IMG/VR virus record: IMGVR_UViG_3300031555_002904
From: a virus
Taxonomy: Duplodnaviria > Heunggongvirae > Uroviricota > Caudoviricetes
Strand: one strand, 5' to 3'
Length of the DNA stretch: 64,000 nt
Part shown: positions 48,404 to 56,782 of the stretch, piece by piece
Layout of the letters: each line of letters opens with the position of its first letter
Numbering within the stretch: the stretch's first letter is position 1
Notes under the pieces: model-generated
Database searches by the model: none
What the model was told of the DNA's origin: nothing
Seen by the model: only the letters and a program-made list of their open reading frames with translations
Translations under genes and position numbers: made by a program

Positions 48404-48811
48404 ATGTTATTTGAAACTAATCGTGATAAGGGTCGCGCTGGTATGGCGATAGCAATCGCTTATTTTGGAGCCAATGGATATACAGTAAATGTGCCTCTAA
48501 ATGATACTCAATGGTATGATTTAGTTATTGAAAAAGACGGTGAGTTCAAAACCGTTCAATGTAAAGCAACTGGCAGTGCTGATAATGTAGTTTCTATGAA
48601 GAGTGCGGGTGGCACAAAAGGTAGTGTTTATGATTCTGTACTAAATCATCCTGTTGATTATTTGTTCTGCTTAGATGGCGAAATGCATATGTATGTTATT
48701 CCAGTGCAAGATTTGCGAGATTATGGAGTAAGTAAACAAATTTCTTTGCGTACTCAAAAATCTGCAAATGGACAAGGTTTCCAAACTTATCAATATATGG
48801 TGTCTTTGTAA
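48404..48811 (+). CDS. PD-(D/E)XK endonuclease (I-Ssp6803I/PDDEXK_5-like)
   Basis: KGRAG...GYTV..P..D..YDLVI...VQCK. Confidence 0.75.
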   Translation: MLFETNRDKGRAGMAIAIAYFGANGYTVNVPLNDTQWYDLVIEKDGEFKTVQCKATGSADNVVSMKSAGGTKGSVYDSVLNHPVDYLFCLDGEMHMYVIPVQDLRDYGVSKQISLRTQKSANGQGFQTYQYMVSL

Positions 48812-48819
48812 TACCATAT

Positions 48820-48905
48820 GGGTCAGTAGAGTGTAATTGGTACCACCCCCGACTGTAAATCGGGTTCGTATGACATTGTAGGTTCAAGTCCTACCTGGCC
48901 CACCA
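48820..48905 (+). tRNA. tRNA-Tyr(GTA)
   Basis: CCCGA-CTGTAAA-TCGGG; class II; CCA. Confidence 0.85.
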
Positions 48906-49836
48906 TAGGCTCCATGCCTAGACATAGTTATGCGTACAAGTCAAAATGAAACGCTTAGAGTTATCGTTCTCTTCCAAAAACTTCTACAATCAAATAGAAT
49001 GCCATTCGCTGCGAATATAGGCGGGGTACGATGCAAAGCTCAGAAATGAGTTCCCAAATCCTCGTTAGGGTAATGACGTGAGAACTGCTCCTATGGCTGA
49101 AGGTTCTTGGTGGCATTTGGATTAGGTGAGGTTTTTTCCTTTCGCCTGGTGACTGTGGTGAAACGATACATCCCGGCCCGTGCTGATACGTATCAGACAT
49201 CTAATTCAACGCTCCTTATTGCGTTAGATAAGGTAAGAGTTTGCTGATTTCTCTTTTGACCGGTCTGGTTGAATAATCAGATTGCAGTAGTTGTATGAAT
49301 TGATATTACGATAATTTCTTCTTCATAGTCTACGGTCTATGTTGTAAGCAAATTATCCCTCTGCTGTAAGGTCCCTGGAGCATAAACTGAGTCGGGTTCC
49401 GAATATGAAGATTAAGTCCAGGCGCCCCTACTGCGAAATAAGTAGGTGAGATTGGGTAGCGATAATGATACAGACTCGCAACTGCTATATGATTACATAA
49501 AAGTATAAAAATCTCATTCTTGATTGAGTAGCGCTCGGTAATATAGCCCAATACTGAGGTAAGGCGATGAAAAGCGAAAGATTGATTTTGAGTGGAAAAT
49601 CCATATTGGATCGAAAACAATACCGATGGAAAGTAAAAATACCTCAATTTTGTCACAACACGGATACAAACCCGACAAAGTATGAGCGTTAGGTGGTAGC
49701 ATATGGCGACGGAAAGACCGTTAGCGCATATGGAGTAGGTAGAGTTTGAAATTCAATATGGGTTTTTTCTTGCGGCCGCCCGTCCGTAAAGCGCGCAATA
49801 GTGTGCTTGTCAGCGGATTTGGGCGACCCGTCCGCA
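48906..49836 (+). ncRNA. second candidate large structured ncRNA region
   Basis: ~900 nt without a credible ORF or RBS, rich in hairpins, co-transcribed with tRNAs. Confidence 0.4.
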
Positions 49837-49896
49837 CTTGATTTTTATAAAATTTTTTTGTATAATATATACATAAGAAATGAAAATAAATAAAAA

Positions 49897-49991
49897 AAGA
49901 CCCTTCCTGCAATCTTTTTTCTTGGATAATAATTTTTACTTCAAATGAAAATTTAGCGGTTCGAATCCGCGTAATAAATGAAAAGGGTCTT
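49897..49991 (+). ncRNA. ACAGCAA-stem RNA J (CTGCAA variant) with UCA anticodon-like loop and T arm
   Basis: AAGACCCTT/AAGGGTCTT termini; TTTTA-CTTCAAA-TGAAA; GCGG-TTCGAAT-CCGC. Confidence 0.65.
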
Positions 49992-49997
49992 GTTTAT

Positions 49998-50072
49998 GCC
50001 CCGATAGTTCAATCGGTAAAACAGTGGATTTGTAATCCTCCGTTCTCGGTTCAAGTCCGGGTCGGGGCTCCA
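49998..50072 (+). tRNA. tRNA-Thr(TGT)
   Basis: cloverleaf, CCA. Confidence 0.88.
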
Positions 50073-50148
50073 ATGGTGAAAACTCGTTCTGGGAGCAAAC
50101 TTACGAGTTACCCTTTTTGACACTCCCACAAATAAAAAAGAGTAAAAG

Positions 50149-50511
50149 GTGAAGAAAATGAGATATCCAGTTGAAAAGTACAATATTGTTGTGCATCAGC
50201 ATAAGGACTACAAGACCACTGAAATCATCGCTTATTCCACTTACGCCGGTAAGGTTGTAAAGGGAAATGCAATCGTTCACGAGAATGATACCTACGATGA
50301 AGAGAAGGGCAAGAAGTTGGCTATTGCCCGCTGCGCTGAGAAGATCGCCCGCAAGCGTCAGGCTCGTTCCGCTCGCTTGCTGAAGAAGGCTCATGAGCAG
50401 CTGAAGATGGCCCAGAAGTATGTTGATGATATGGCTCAATACAATGCTGATGCCTGTGCTGAGGTTTGTGAAGCTCAGAGTGATCTCCAGAAGATTCTGG
50501 CAAAGATGTAA
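50149..50511 (+). CDS. hypothetical phage protein
   Basis: STYAGK.V.G.A..HENDTYDEEKGKKLAIARC; terminator after. Confidence 0.75.
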   Translation: MKKMRYPVEKYNIVVHQHKDYKTTEIIAYSTYAGKVVKGNAIVHENDTYDEEKGKKLAIARCAEKIARKRQARSARLLKKAHEQLKMAQKYVDDMAQYNADACAEVCEAQSDLQKILAKM

Positions 50512-50548
50512 TTCGATAGAAGGGGCGCTATGCCCCTTCAATAGAGAT

Positions 50549-50637
50549 GGACAGGTGGTAGAGTCTGGCTTATTACACCGGTCTTGAAAACCGGCGGGCG
50601 TAATGCTCCGGGGGTTCGAATCCCTCCCTGTCCGCCA
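50549..50637 (+). tRNA. tRNA-Ser(TGA)
   Basis: class II cloverleaf, CCA. Confidence 0.92.
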
Positions 50638-50714
50638 TCAGTTGTAGTTCAAGAAGAAGAATACCTTCGTCGACGTCGAGGAGATGTTTGGTGCTACCCG
50701 CCCAAACCGACTGA
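50638..50714 (+). pseudogene. degenerate tRNA-like element
   Basis: TCAGTTG/CGACTGA acceptor; D-like, anticodon-like and T-like arms with non-canonical loops. Confidence 0.4.
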
Positions 50715-50744
50715 GCCTAAACTAAATAGAGAGGATGATGTGAT

Positions 50745-51074
50745 TTGATTGGTGCTTATAATAGAGATGTATCAATTCGTAAAGCCAAGAGAAAGCGTAG
50801 AATTGACATTCAGCACAAAACCAGTTATAATGATGGAAAACCTGTTCCTTGGTATAATAATCTCCATCAGTATTCAAAAAACAAAATCCATTGTTCTTGT
50901 CCCGATTGCAATACCAAAACTCGCAACAAGGGTTCCAAGAGACACAGAAGCGGAAACTATAATCAAGCAATTCTTTATCGTGCCTCCGATTTGCGGAAGG
51001 TAGTTGCTATGGATGAAGATTTGCGCGAAGCCGGTTATTTTGCGCCTAAACACAAGCGCAATCGTTACGCATAA
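50745..51074 (+). CDS. basic hypothetical protein
   Basis: HQYSKNKIHCSCPDC motif; GAGGA RBS. Confidence 0.65.
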   Translation: MIGAYNRDVSIRKAKRKRRIDIQHKTSYNDGKPVPWYNNLHQYSKNKIHCSCPDCNTKTRNKGSKRHRSGNYNQAILYRASDLRKVVAMDEDLREAGYFAPKHKRNRYA

Positions 51075-51269
51075 TGGGGCACCGCAAGATGCGGCCGCAG
51101 CCTCCTCGTTACTTTTGGCCCGACACAGATGGTTGTTGGTGTTGTAAAAATCGAAATGGTTGTTCGGGGTGTAAATTTTTGAAACGCTATATTGCTGAAG
51201 GTAAAGGTCGCAATAAAAGAAAAATTTAGCGAAATGAAAAAATTTTTATAGAAAGGAAAATGAGAAAAT

Positions 51270-51536
51270 ATGGCTAGTATTAAAGTTTTTTAGAATAATC
51301 GCTACCAATCTCATTATGTTCAATTTGTAGCAGACACTGCAGATGATGTAAAACTTTTAAAGGTAGCAGAACTCGCTATGGGTAGTGAAGTATATGTTAT
51401 TCAAGAAAAAAGAACTTATATTCTTGGTAGCGACAAACTCTGGTATTCTAAGGCGGTAAATGATGACGCAATTATTGAGTGTGATTGCGTTGAAGAATCT
51501 ACTATCTGGGAAGATTTGCCTCAACCCAATAATTGA
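51270..51536 (+). CDS. hypothetical protein (1 in-frame TAG=Gln at 51291)
   Basis: MASIKVF*NNRYQSHYVQFVADTADDVKLL...AMGSEVYVIQEKRTYILGSDKLW. Confidence 0.65.
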
Positions 51537-51574
51537 CTTTATAAAAAATTTTTGATATAATATAATATAAGATA

Positions 51575-51703
51575 AAGGCATAAACAGCAATTTATTGATT
51601 AAGCCTGCCAAGCCGGAAGTCGTAGGTTCGAATCCTACCGCCCCTGCCATATAGGGGTCGTAGCTCAGATGGTAGAGCGCCGTTAAATATCAAATTGTGC
51701 CTT
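51575..51703 (+). ncRNA. ACAGCAA-stem RNA K, enclosing circularly permuted tRNA-Gly(GCC)
   Basis: AAGGCATA/TGTGCCTT termini; 3' piece 51603-51649 (ends CCA) precedes 5' piece 51653-51682. Confidence 0.82.
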
Positions 51704-51712
51704 GTGGAATAT

Positions 51713-51787
51713 TCCGGTGTCGTTCAATGGCTAGGACGGCGGGCTCTAACCCCGCATATCTCTGTTCGAGTCAGAGCGCCGGTGCCA
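51713..51787 (+). tRNA. amber suppressor tRNA(CTA), Gln-like
   Basis: GCGGG-CTCTAAC-CCCGC; unpaired 1:72, G73, CCA. Confidence 0.9.
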
Positions 51788-51862
51788 TGGGGGTTAGCGT
51801 AGCGGTAGCGCGGCGGTCTCTAAAACCGTTGTGGCTGGGTTCGAATCCCAGGCCCCCCGCCA
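51788..51862 (+). tRNA. amber suppressor tRNA(CTA), Gln-like
   Basis: GCGGT-CTCTAAA-ACCGT; TGGGGGT acceptor like the two tRNA-Gln genes; G73, CCA. Confidence 0.9.
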
Positions 51863-51921
51863 TTGTGCGGAAAGTTGATTTTTATAAAAAAATATGATAT
51901 AATATATATAGAAGATAAAGA

Positions 51922-51997
51922 AAGGCTCATACAGCAAATTTCACTTTTTCTAACCGACATAAAATTGGTAATGCTTGAGAGAAAAAAAATGAGCCTT
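51922..51997 (+). ncRNA. ACAGCAA-stem RNA L (anticodon-like hairpin only)
   Basis: AAGGCTCAT/ATGAGCCTT termini; ACCGA-CATAAAA-TTGGT. Confidence 0.72.
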
Positions 51998-52005
51998 GTA
52001 AATCT

Positions 52006-52092
52006 GCCGGCGTGGTGGAATAGGTAGACACCAGGGACTTAAAATCCCTTGGGCCTGTGCCCGTACCGGTTCGAGTCCGGTCGCCGGCACCA
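52006..52092 (+). tRNA. tRNA-Leu(TAA)
   Basis: class II cloverleaf, CCA. Confidence 0.92.
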
Positions 52093-52169
52093 CTTATCTT
52101 TATTGAAAGGATGTGTTTCCAATGTGGAGGTTGAGTGTCTTCTAACTACCGTAAAGGAGGTTAGAAGTA

Positions 52170-52466
52170 ATGAGTAGATCATTCAAACACACCCCTCGCT
52201 CGGGTGATACAAAAGACAAATTCTTTAAAAGATATGCTAATCGCAAAGTGCGCCGTCTTCCCATCGACGAGCATCCTAAAGGTAATACATACAAAAAGGT
52301 GTTTTGCCAATATGATATTTGCGACTATGAAACAGTCGGCACTTCTTTCGAGCAATATTGGGAGAGTCTCGTCAAAAGATGGTACGAGTGGGATTGGAGA
52401 TATTCCGAATTTCCCGATCGCGAAGAAGCATATCAAGAATATCGTCGTTGGTTCATTAGAAAATGA
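52170..52466 (+). CDS. hypothetical phage protein
   Basis: MSRSFKHTP...KRYANRKVRR...YKK...YDICDY. Confidence 0.7.
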   Translation: MSRSFKHTPRSGDTKDKFFKRYANRKVRRLPIDEHPKGNTYKKVFCQYDICDYETVGTSFEQYWESLVKRWYEWDWRYSEFPDREEAYQEYRRWFIRK

Positions 52467-52585
52467 GTTGATTTTTCAAAAATTTTTTGGTATAATAATA
52501 GTACAGGAAATAAAGAAAAAATCTTCTCCCCTTTCTTTAAAGTTCCTATCTTCTCGGGGGCATTCCTCGGAGTGCCCCATTCTTT

Positions 52586-52660
52586 GCGGGTGTAGTACAT
52601 CGGCTAGTGCGCCTGCCTTCCAAGCAGGATAGAGGGGTTCGATTCCCCTTACCCGCTCCA
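52586..52660 (+). tRNA. tRNA-Gly(TCC)
   Basis: cloverleaf, CCA. Confidence 0.9.
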
Positions 52661-52787
52661 TATAAATAATTCGCCAGGTGTTGATACTGGTCCGTCTATT
52701 GCGGATAGAAGCTCGAGGAGGGCTAGCTCGCAAATTCCGTTATTAACAGGTGGCCTCGACGGAAAAGTAATTATTTATAGAAACACT

Positions 52788-52921
52788 GAGAGCCATACAG
52801 CAAACCAGCTTGTACTTAATAGTACAGATCGCTACTTCAAGTAGCTTCTATGATGACTTAACAGTCGCGTTTTTAAATGATAGAAAGAAGAATGGTTTTA
52901 CTAAAAAAACTTTCGGCTCTC
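52788..52921 (+). ncRNA. ACAGCAA-stem RNA M (degenerate permuted tRNA-like arms)
   Basis: GAGAGCC/GGCTCTC termini; hairpins TGTACT..AGTACA and GCTAC-TTCAA-GTAGC. Confidence 0.65.
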
Positions 52922-53012
52922 CGGGAATGTGATAATCAGTAGTAGATGTGATGAGGCTCTCGACACTCATCATCGCATAAATGAAAGTTACCACCAAAGG
53001 AGAGTATTTATA

Positions 53013-53106
53013 CAAGACATATACAGCAAAATTTTCAAAATGATAATACTCAATATTTGACAAACAAACATAGAGAATGATCTTTTTAGAAACATCTTAT
53101 GTCTTG
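53013..53106 (+). ncRNA. ACAGCAA-stem RNA N
   Basis: CAAGACATA/TATGTCTTG termini. Confidence 0.68.
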
Positions 53107-53150
53107 CGGGATGGGTCAACAAAAGGCCCATCCCACTTTTCCCTTCATAT

Positions 53151-53698
53151 GCGCCGCTAGCTCAGCAGGTTTCAGAGCACCGCCCTTTTCACACAGGAGA
53201 AGAAAGTATTTTCCCAGGAGGTGAATTAAGTGTTAAACACTCATTTCCAAGGTGAAATTACTGAACTCCAAGTTGCCGAATCGTTTTTGACATTGGGGTA
53301 TCAAGTGTGTAAGCCTTTGGTATCTGATAGTCGCTATGACTTTATCGTTGATATCAACCATCAGTTATATCGTATTCAAGTAAAGACATCATCATTGAGT
53401 GAAGATGAAGATTATATTGAGTTTAAGACTCAATCCTCTCATACAAATACTCAAAAGACAGTATATCAATCTTATTCTGCGGATGACATTGATTATTTTG
53501 CTACAATGCATAATCATCAGTGCTATCTTGTTCCAGTTGATAAAGCTGGTAGTCGTTCTTGTAGATTGCGTTTAAAGCCTACAAAGAATGGTCAGACTAA
53601 GAATATCAATTTCGCAAAAGATTTCAAACTTGAAGATACTTTCATCGAATGACTGAAAAAGGCGGGTGTCCTGGGTTCGAATCCCAGGCGGCGCACCA
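53151..53698 (+). tRNA. tRNA-Lys(TTT) split in the anticodon loop by a ~469-nt endonuclease-encoding insertion
   Basis: 5' half 53151-53189 (..CCGCC-CTTTT), 3' half 53659-53698 (AA-GGCGG..GCGGCGC-ACCA); halves pair perfectly. Confidence 0.8.
53230..53652 (+). CDS. PD-(D/E)XK homing-endonuclease-like protein inside tRNA-Lys
   Basis: GEITE...GYQVCKP..DSRYDFIVD...RIQVKT...Y..DDIDYFA; GGAGGTG RBS. Confidence 0.85.
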   Translation: MLNTHFQGEITELQVAESFLTLGYQVCKPLVSDSRYDFIVDINHQLYRIQVKTSSLSEDEDYIEFKTQSSHTNTQKTVYQSYSADDIDYFATMHNHQCYLVPVDKAGSRSCRLRLKPTKNGQTKNINFAKDFKLEDTFIE

Positions 53699-53931
53699 AG
53701 TCATTATTGCTCGACCGGTCTCGCCTTAGTGCACTGGGAGAAATTCCTCGAGACCGCCCTATGGGGTGCGAATAAGGTTTTACAGTTGGAACTAAGTGGC
53801 AATCGGATATCTGGAAATCAGATCCGACCTAAGTCCAAAGATTAGCCTTATTCGCTGTTTTTTATTTTATTTGATTTTTATAAAAAAATATGTTATAATA
53901 TATATGTAAGATAAAGAAAGGGGAAAATCCT

Positions 53932-54135
53932 ATGGAAATCAATATTGACAAGGAAATTGATAATCATAGATGCCCTACAATATGTTTATGCACTGTGGCA
54001 ACAACTTGCTATGAGCCAATAGAAAGAGAGCAAAGATGTTATCGTTGTTGGAAAGGATATTGCCAAGAGCATAACATTACAATTATCTACGATAATATAC
54101 CACGCCCGTTTAGCTCAGCTGGTCAGAGCACCTGA
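53932..54135 (+). CDS. small Cys-rich protein; 3' end overlaps tRNA-Lys(CTT)
   Basis: after promoter and RBS; CPTIC..CYRC..C. Confidence 0.45.
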   Translation: MEINIDKEIDNHRCPTICLCTVATTCYEPIEREQRCYRCWKGYCQEHNITIIYDNIPRPFSSAGQST

Positions 54136-54180
54136 CTCTTAATCAGGGTGTCGAGGGTTCGAATCCCCCAACGGGCACCA
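54104..54180 (+). tRNA. tRNA-Lys(CTT)
   Basis: cloverleaf, CCA. Confidence 0.92.
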
Positions 54181-54597
54181 GGGTAGCTCCTCACAGGGAG
54201 GATAAGTAATGTAAGTAGTACGGAAGTAAAAACTGCGATGTGGAGATAAACGCCCACTGTCGCCTTGCGTGCGCGAAACCGGTGTAGCGTGGATGGGGTC
54301 TCTCCAGAAGGCTACATGAAAAAAGCGAGGTTCGAGTCCTCGAGTATCCACCATTATCCCGCGGAATGCGGTGGCGATGAAGCCAGGGCTTGTCCGGAAG
54401 TGCTGGTGGAGCCTCTTCCCAAGGTTGGCAGTATACGAATAAAGAGGGGTTAACCTTAGTGCCGAGACTAAGACTTGAACGGTCAAAAAACTGCAATCAT
54501 ATTAGGTACAGTTTACTAGTGACTGGGTAATATGAGCCTCTTGGAAGAAGGATTAGTGTAATACACGCAATACAGCACGCCAAGAGGCAATTCACAC

Positions 54598-54674
54598 GGG
54601 CCTTTAGTACAATTGGCTAGTGCGCCCGGCTCATAACCGGGACTATCTGGGTTCGAGACCCAGGGGGCCCACCA
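54598..54674 (+). tRNA. tRNA-Ile2/Met(CAT)
   Basis: GGGCCTT acceptor; CCCGG-CTCATAA-CCGGG typical of Ile2. Confidence 0.85.
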
Positions 54675-54688
54675 AGAGGAGGACGCAT

Positions 54689-55153
54689 ATGAAAGTTTAT
54701 ACATCTTATTTCTATAAGATACGATTTTTCAAACCGAATATGATTCCTATTTCTACTGCGTTATGGGACCCCAAATGGTATCATCAAAATCGAGACCAAG
54801 GACATTGGTTCATTGATAAGAATGGTGTTATCAATGGATTGCGGGCGCCCGACTTCGCGCCCGGTAAGGTGGCGACCGCAGTATCTAATTGCGGAAGTTG
54901 TTCTGATAAGAATCCCGATCAATGTAATTTCCTCAAAGCATATGCTCATCAGCTAAGTCTTTTGGAAATCAATGATATTATGACTCGTACACGCAATTTA
55001 TGCGAAGCTGTCCGTTCAGTAGTCGGATATGAGGGTGAACCAATTCCAGTATTTATTGTGCATGAGGCTCCTGATAATCCGTGCTCTGAGCGAGTTGTAA
55101 TTCAAAATTATTTCCGCTCTAATGGCATAGAATGTGAAGAGTGGCAAGAATAA
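54689..55153 (+). CDS. DUF488-like protein
   Basis: MKVYTSYF...P.W...FAP...HE.PD.PCSERVVI. Confidence 0.6.
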   Translation: MKVYTSYFYKIRFFKPNMIPISTALWDPKWYHQNRDQGHWFIDKNGVINGLRAPDFAPGKVATAVSNCGSCSDKNPDQCNFLKAYAHQLSLLEINDIMTRTRNLCEAVRSVVGYEGEPIPVFIVHEAPDNPCSERVVIQNYFRSNGIECEEWQE

Positions 55154-55155
55154 AT

Positions 55156-55241
55156 GTCAGCGTAGTCAAGTGGCTTAAGACCCCGGTCTGCAAAACCGCG
55201 TGCCTTCAATGGCGTGAGTTCGAATCTCACCGCTGACTCCA
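55156..55241 (+). tRNA. tRNA-Cys(GCA) with unusually long variable arm
   Basis: CGGT-CTGCAAA-ACCG; U73; CCA. Confidence 0.8.
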
Positions 55242-55264
55242 AATTTAACAATGAGGTATGATGT

Positions 55265-55510
55265 ATGTTTAAAGGCTATAAAATCAAATATGTGACCTAT
55301 GGATGGGGCAAAGATGGCCCCAAGTTGTACGGTGTTTTGATGATAAAATCAGATCGTGGTTGGGTTGTTGAAGTATGGCCTTGCGACACGCATGGCTCCC
55401 AAGTGTCCGATCCTATTGAGTGGGATGATGGACTCTCTTGGTGGAGCGCTCGCAAACTATTTTATAAATGGTATGCTGAGTATGACCGATATGTAAATAA
55501 TCGTATATAA
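55265..55510 (+). CDS. hypothetical protein
   Basis: GAGGT RBS. Confidence 0.55.
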   Translation: MFKGYKIKYVTYGWGKDGPKLYGVLMIKSDRGWVVEVWPCDTHGSQVSDPIEWDDGLSWWSARKLFYKWYAEYDRYVNNRI

Positions 55511-55562
55511 TTCTGCTTAGCAGGTTATAAATATACTATAAAAATTGAAAGGATGTTTAATT

Positions 55563-56768
55563 ATGGGACTTACTGAAAATGGACGGTCTGCACTAACACA
55601 CATTAAACAGCACTGTTTACTCACTTCTTTTTCTGCAAAAGAGTTGAGTGATGCCTGCGGAGTAAAAATTGCTCCTGCCACATTAACTGGCGTTGTAAAT
55701 CATGGATACCTCAACCGACTGGGAGGCTCTCCGGTGCGCTATGAAGTCGTAGATGATTTCTTGGATTTGATGAAAATCCTTGAGGAAGAAGAGAATTCCA
55801 AAGGATGCGATAATTCCAATCTACGTACCGCAAAAAGAGTAAAAAATGATGAATTTTATACTCGCTATGAAGATATCGAAGCTGAGGTTATGAAATATCG
55901 TAAGTATTTCTATAATAAGGTTGTATATCTACCTTGTGATGATCCAGCTGAGAAAAAGAGCGAATTCTGGTCTTTCTTTGTTAACCGGTTTGATGCTTTT
56001 GGTCTAAAGAAACTAATTGCCACTCATTATGATGAGAATGGCAAGGCATATAAGATTTGGATTGATGCTGATACCACTGGCGACGGCGCCATTGATGATA
56101 GCGATGCTTTGCAAGAGGATTTGACTGGAAATGGTGATTTCCGCAGTCCTGAGTGCATTGCTATTTTGGAAGAGTGCGATATTGTTTGCACCAATCCTCC
56201 TTTCTCTATGTTTAGAGAATTCATTGATACAATTCTCACTCACAACAAGCAGTTCCTTATTATTGGCAGTAAAAATGCTTATACCTATAAGGAAATTTTT
56301 ACCCGTATTTGGCGAAATGAAATTTGGCCTGGCTACAATGCAGTTCATAAGTTTATCCAACCCGATGGATCTATTAAATCTTTCGGTAATATTGGTTGGT
56401 TTACCAATCTACCCACCTCTAAGAGAGAGGAAGAATTGATCCTTACTAAAACTTATGATCCCGCCATTCATCCTAAATACGATAATTATGACGCGATTAA
56501 TGTGGATCGTGTTGTAGATATTCCAATGAATTACGATGGAGAAATGGGTGTTCCTATTTCCTTTATTGATAAATATAATCCTGATCAGTTTGAACTGGTT
56601 GGAGGTTTCAATGGATATGCTCATCCAGATTATGAGCATGGTTTAATCTGTGGTACTCCTACCACTTATCAAGATAGTAAGACTGGTAAAACTAAAACTT
56701 GGAACGGTCCTACTGTTGATGGGCAGACTAAATATTTTAGAATCTTGATCCGACATAAAAAGTCTTAA
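55563..56768 (+). CDS. adenine-specific DNA methyltransferase, EcoRI family, with N-terminal HTH-like extension
   Basis: AKRVKNDEFYT, PCDDP, GDFRS.EC, DIVCTNPPFSMFREF, MGVPISFIDKYNPDQFE. Confidence 0.88.
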   Translation: MGLTENGRSALTHIKQHCLLTSFSAKELSDACGVKIAPATLTGVVNHGYLNRLGGSPVRYEVVDDFLDLMKILEEEENSKGCDNSNLRTAKRVKNDEFYTRYEDIEAEVMKYRKYFYNKVVYLPCDDPAEKKSEFWSFFVNRFDAFGLKKLIATHYDENGKAYKIWIDADTTGDGAIDDSDALQEDLTGNGDFRSPECIAILEECDIVCTNPPFSMFREFIDTILTHNKQFLIIGSKNAYTYKEIFTRIWRNEIWPGYNAVHKFIQPDGSIKSFGNIGWFTNLPTSKREEELILTKTYDPAIHPKYDNYDAINVDRVVDIPMNYDGEMGVPISFIDKYNPDQFELVGGFNGYAHPDYEHGLICGTPTTYQDSKTGKTKTWNGPTVDGQTKYFRILIRHKKS

Positions 56769-56782
56769 AAGGAGATCTACAT

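Noticed and set aside
51073-51135. HDV/theta ribozyme around CCTCCTCG (also 37494)
   Set aside because: P3 and P1 pairings cannot be completed.
53190-53658. Canonical group I intron
   Set aside because: Only 46 nt lie outside the ORF, and no P7/J-region consensus was recognised; kept as an unexplained intron-like insertion.
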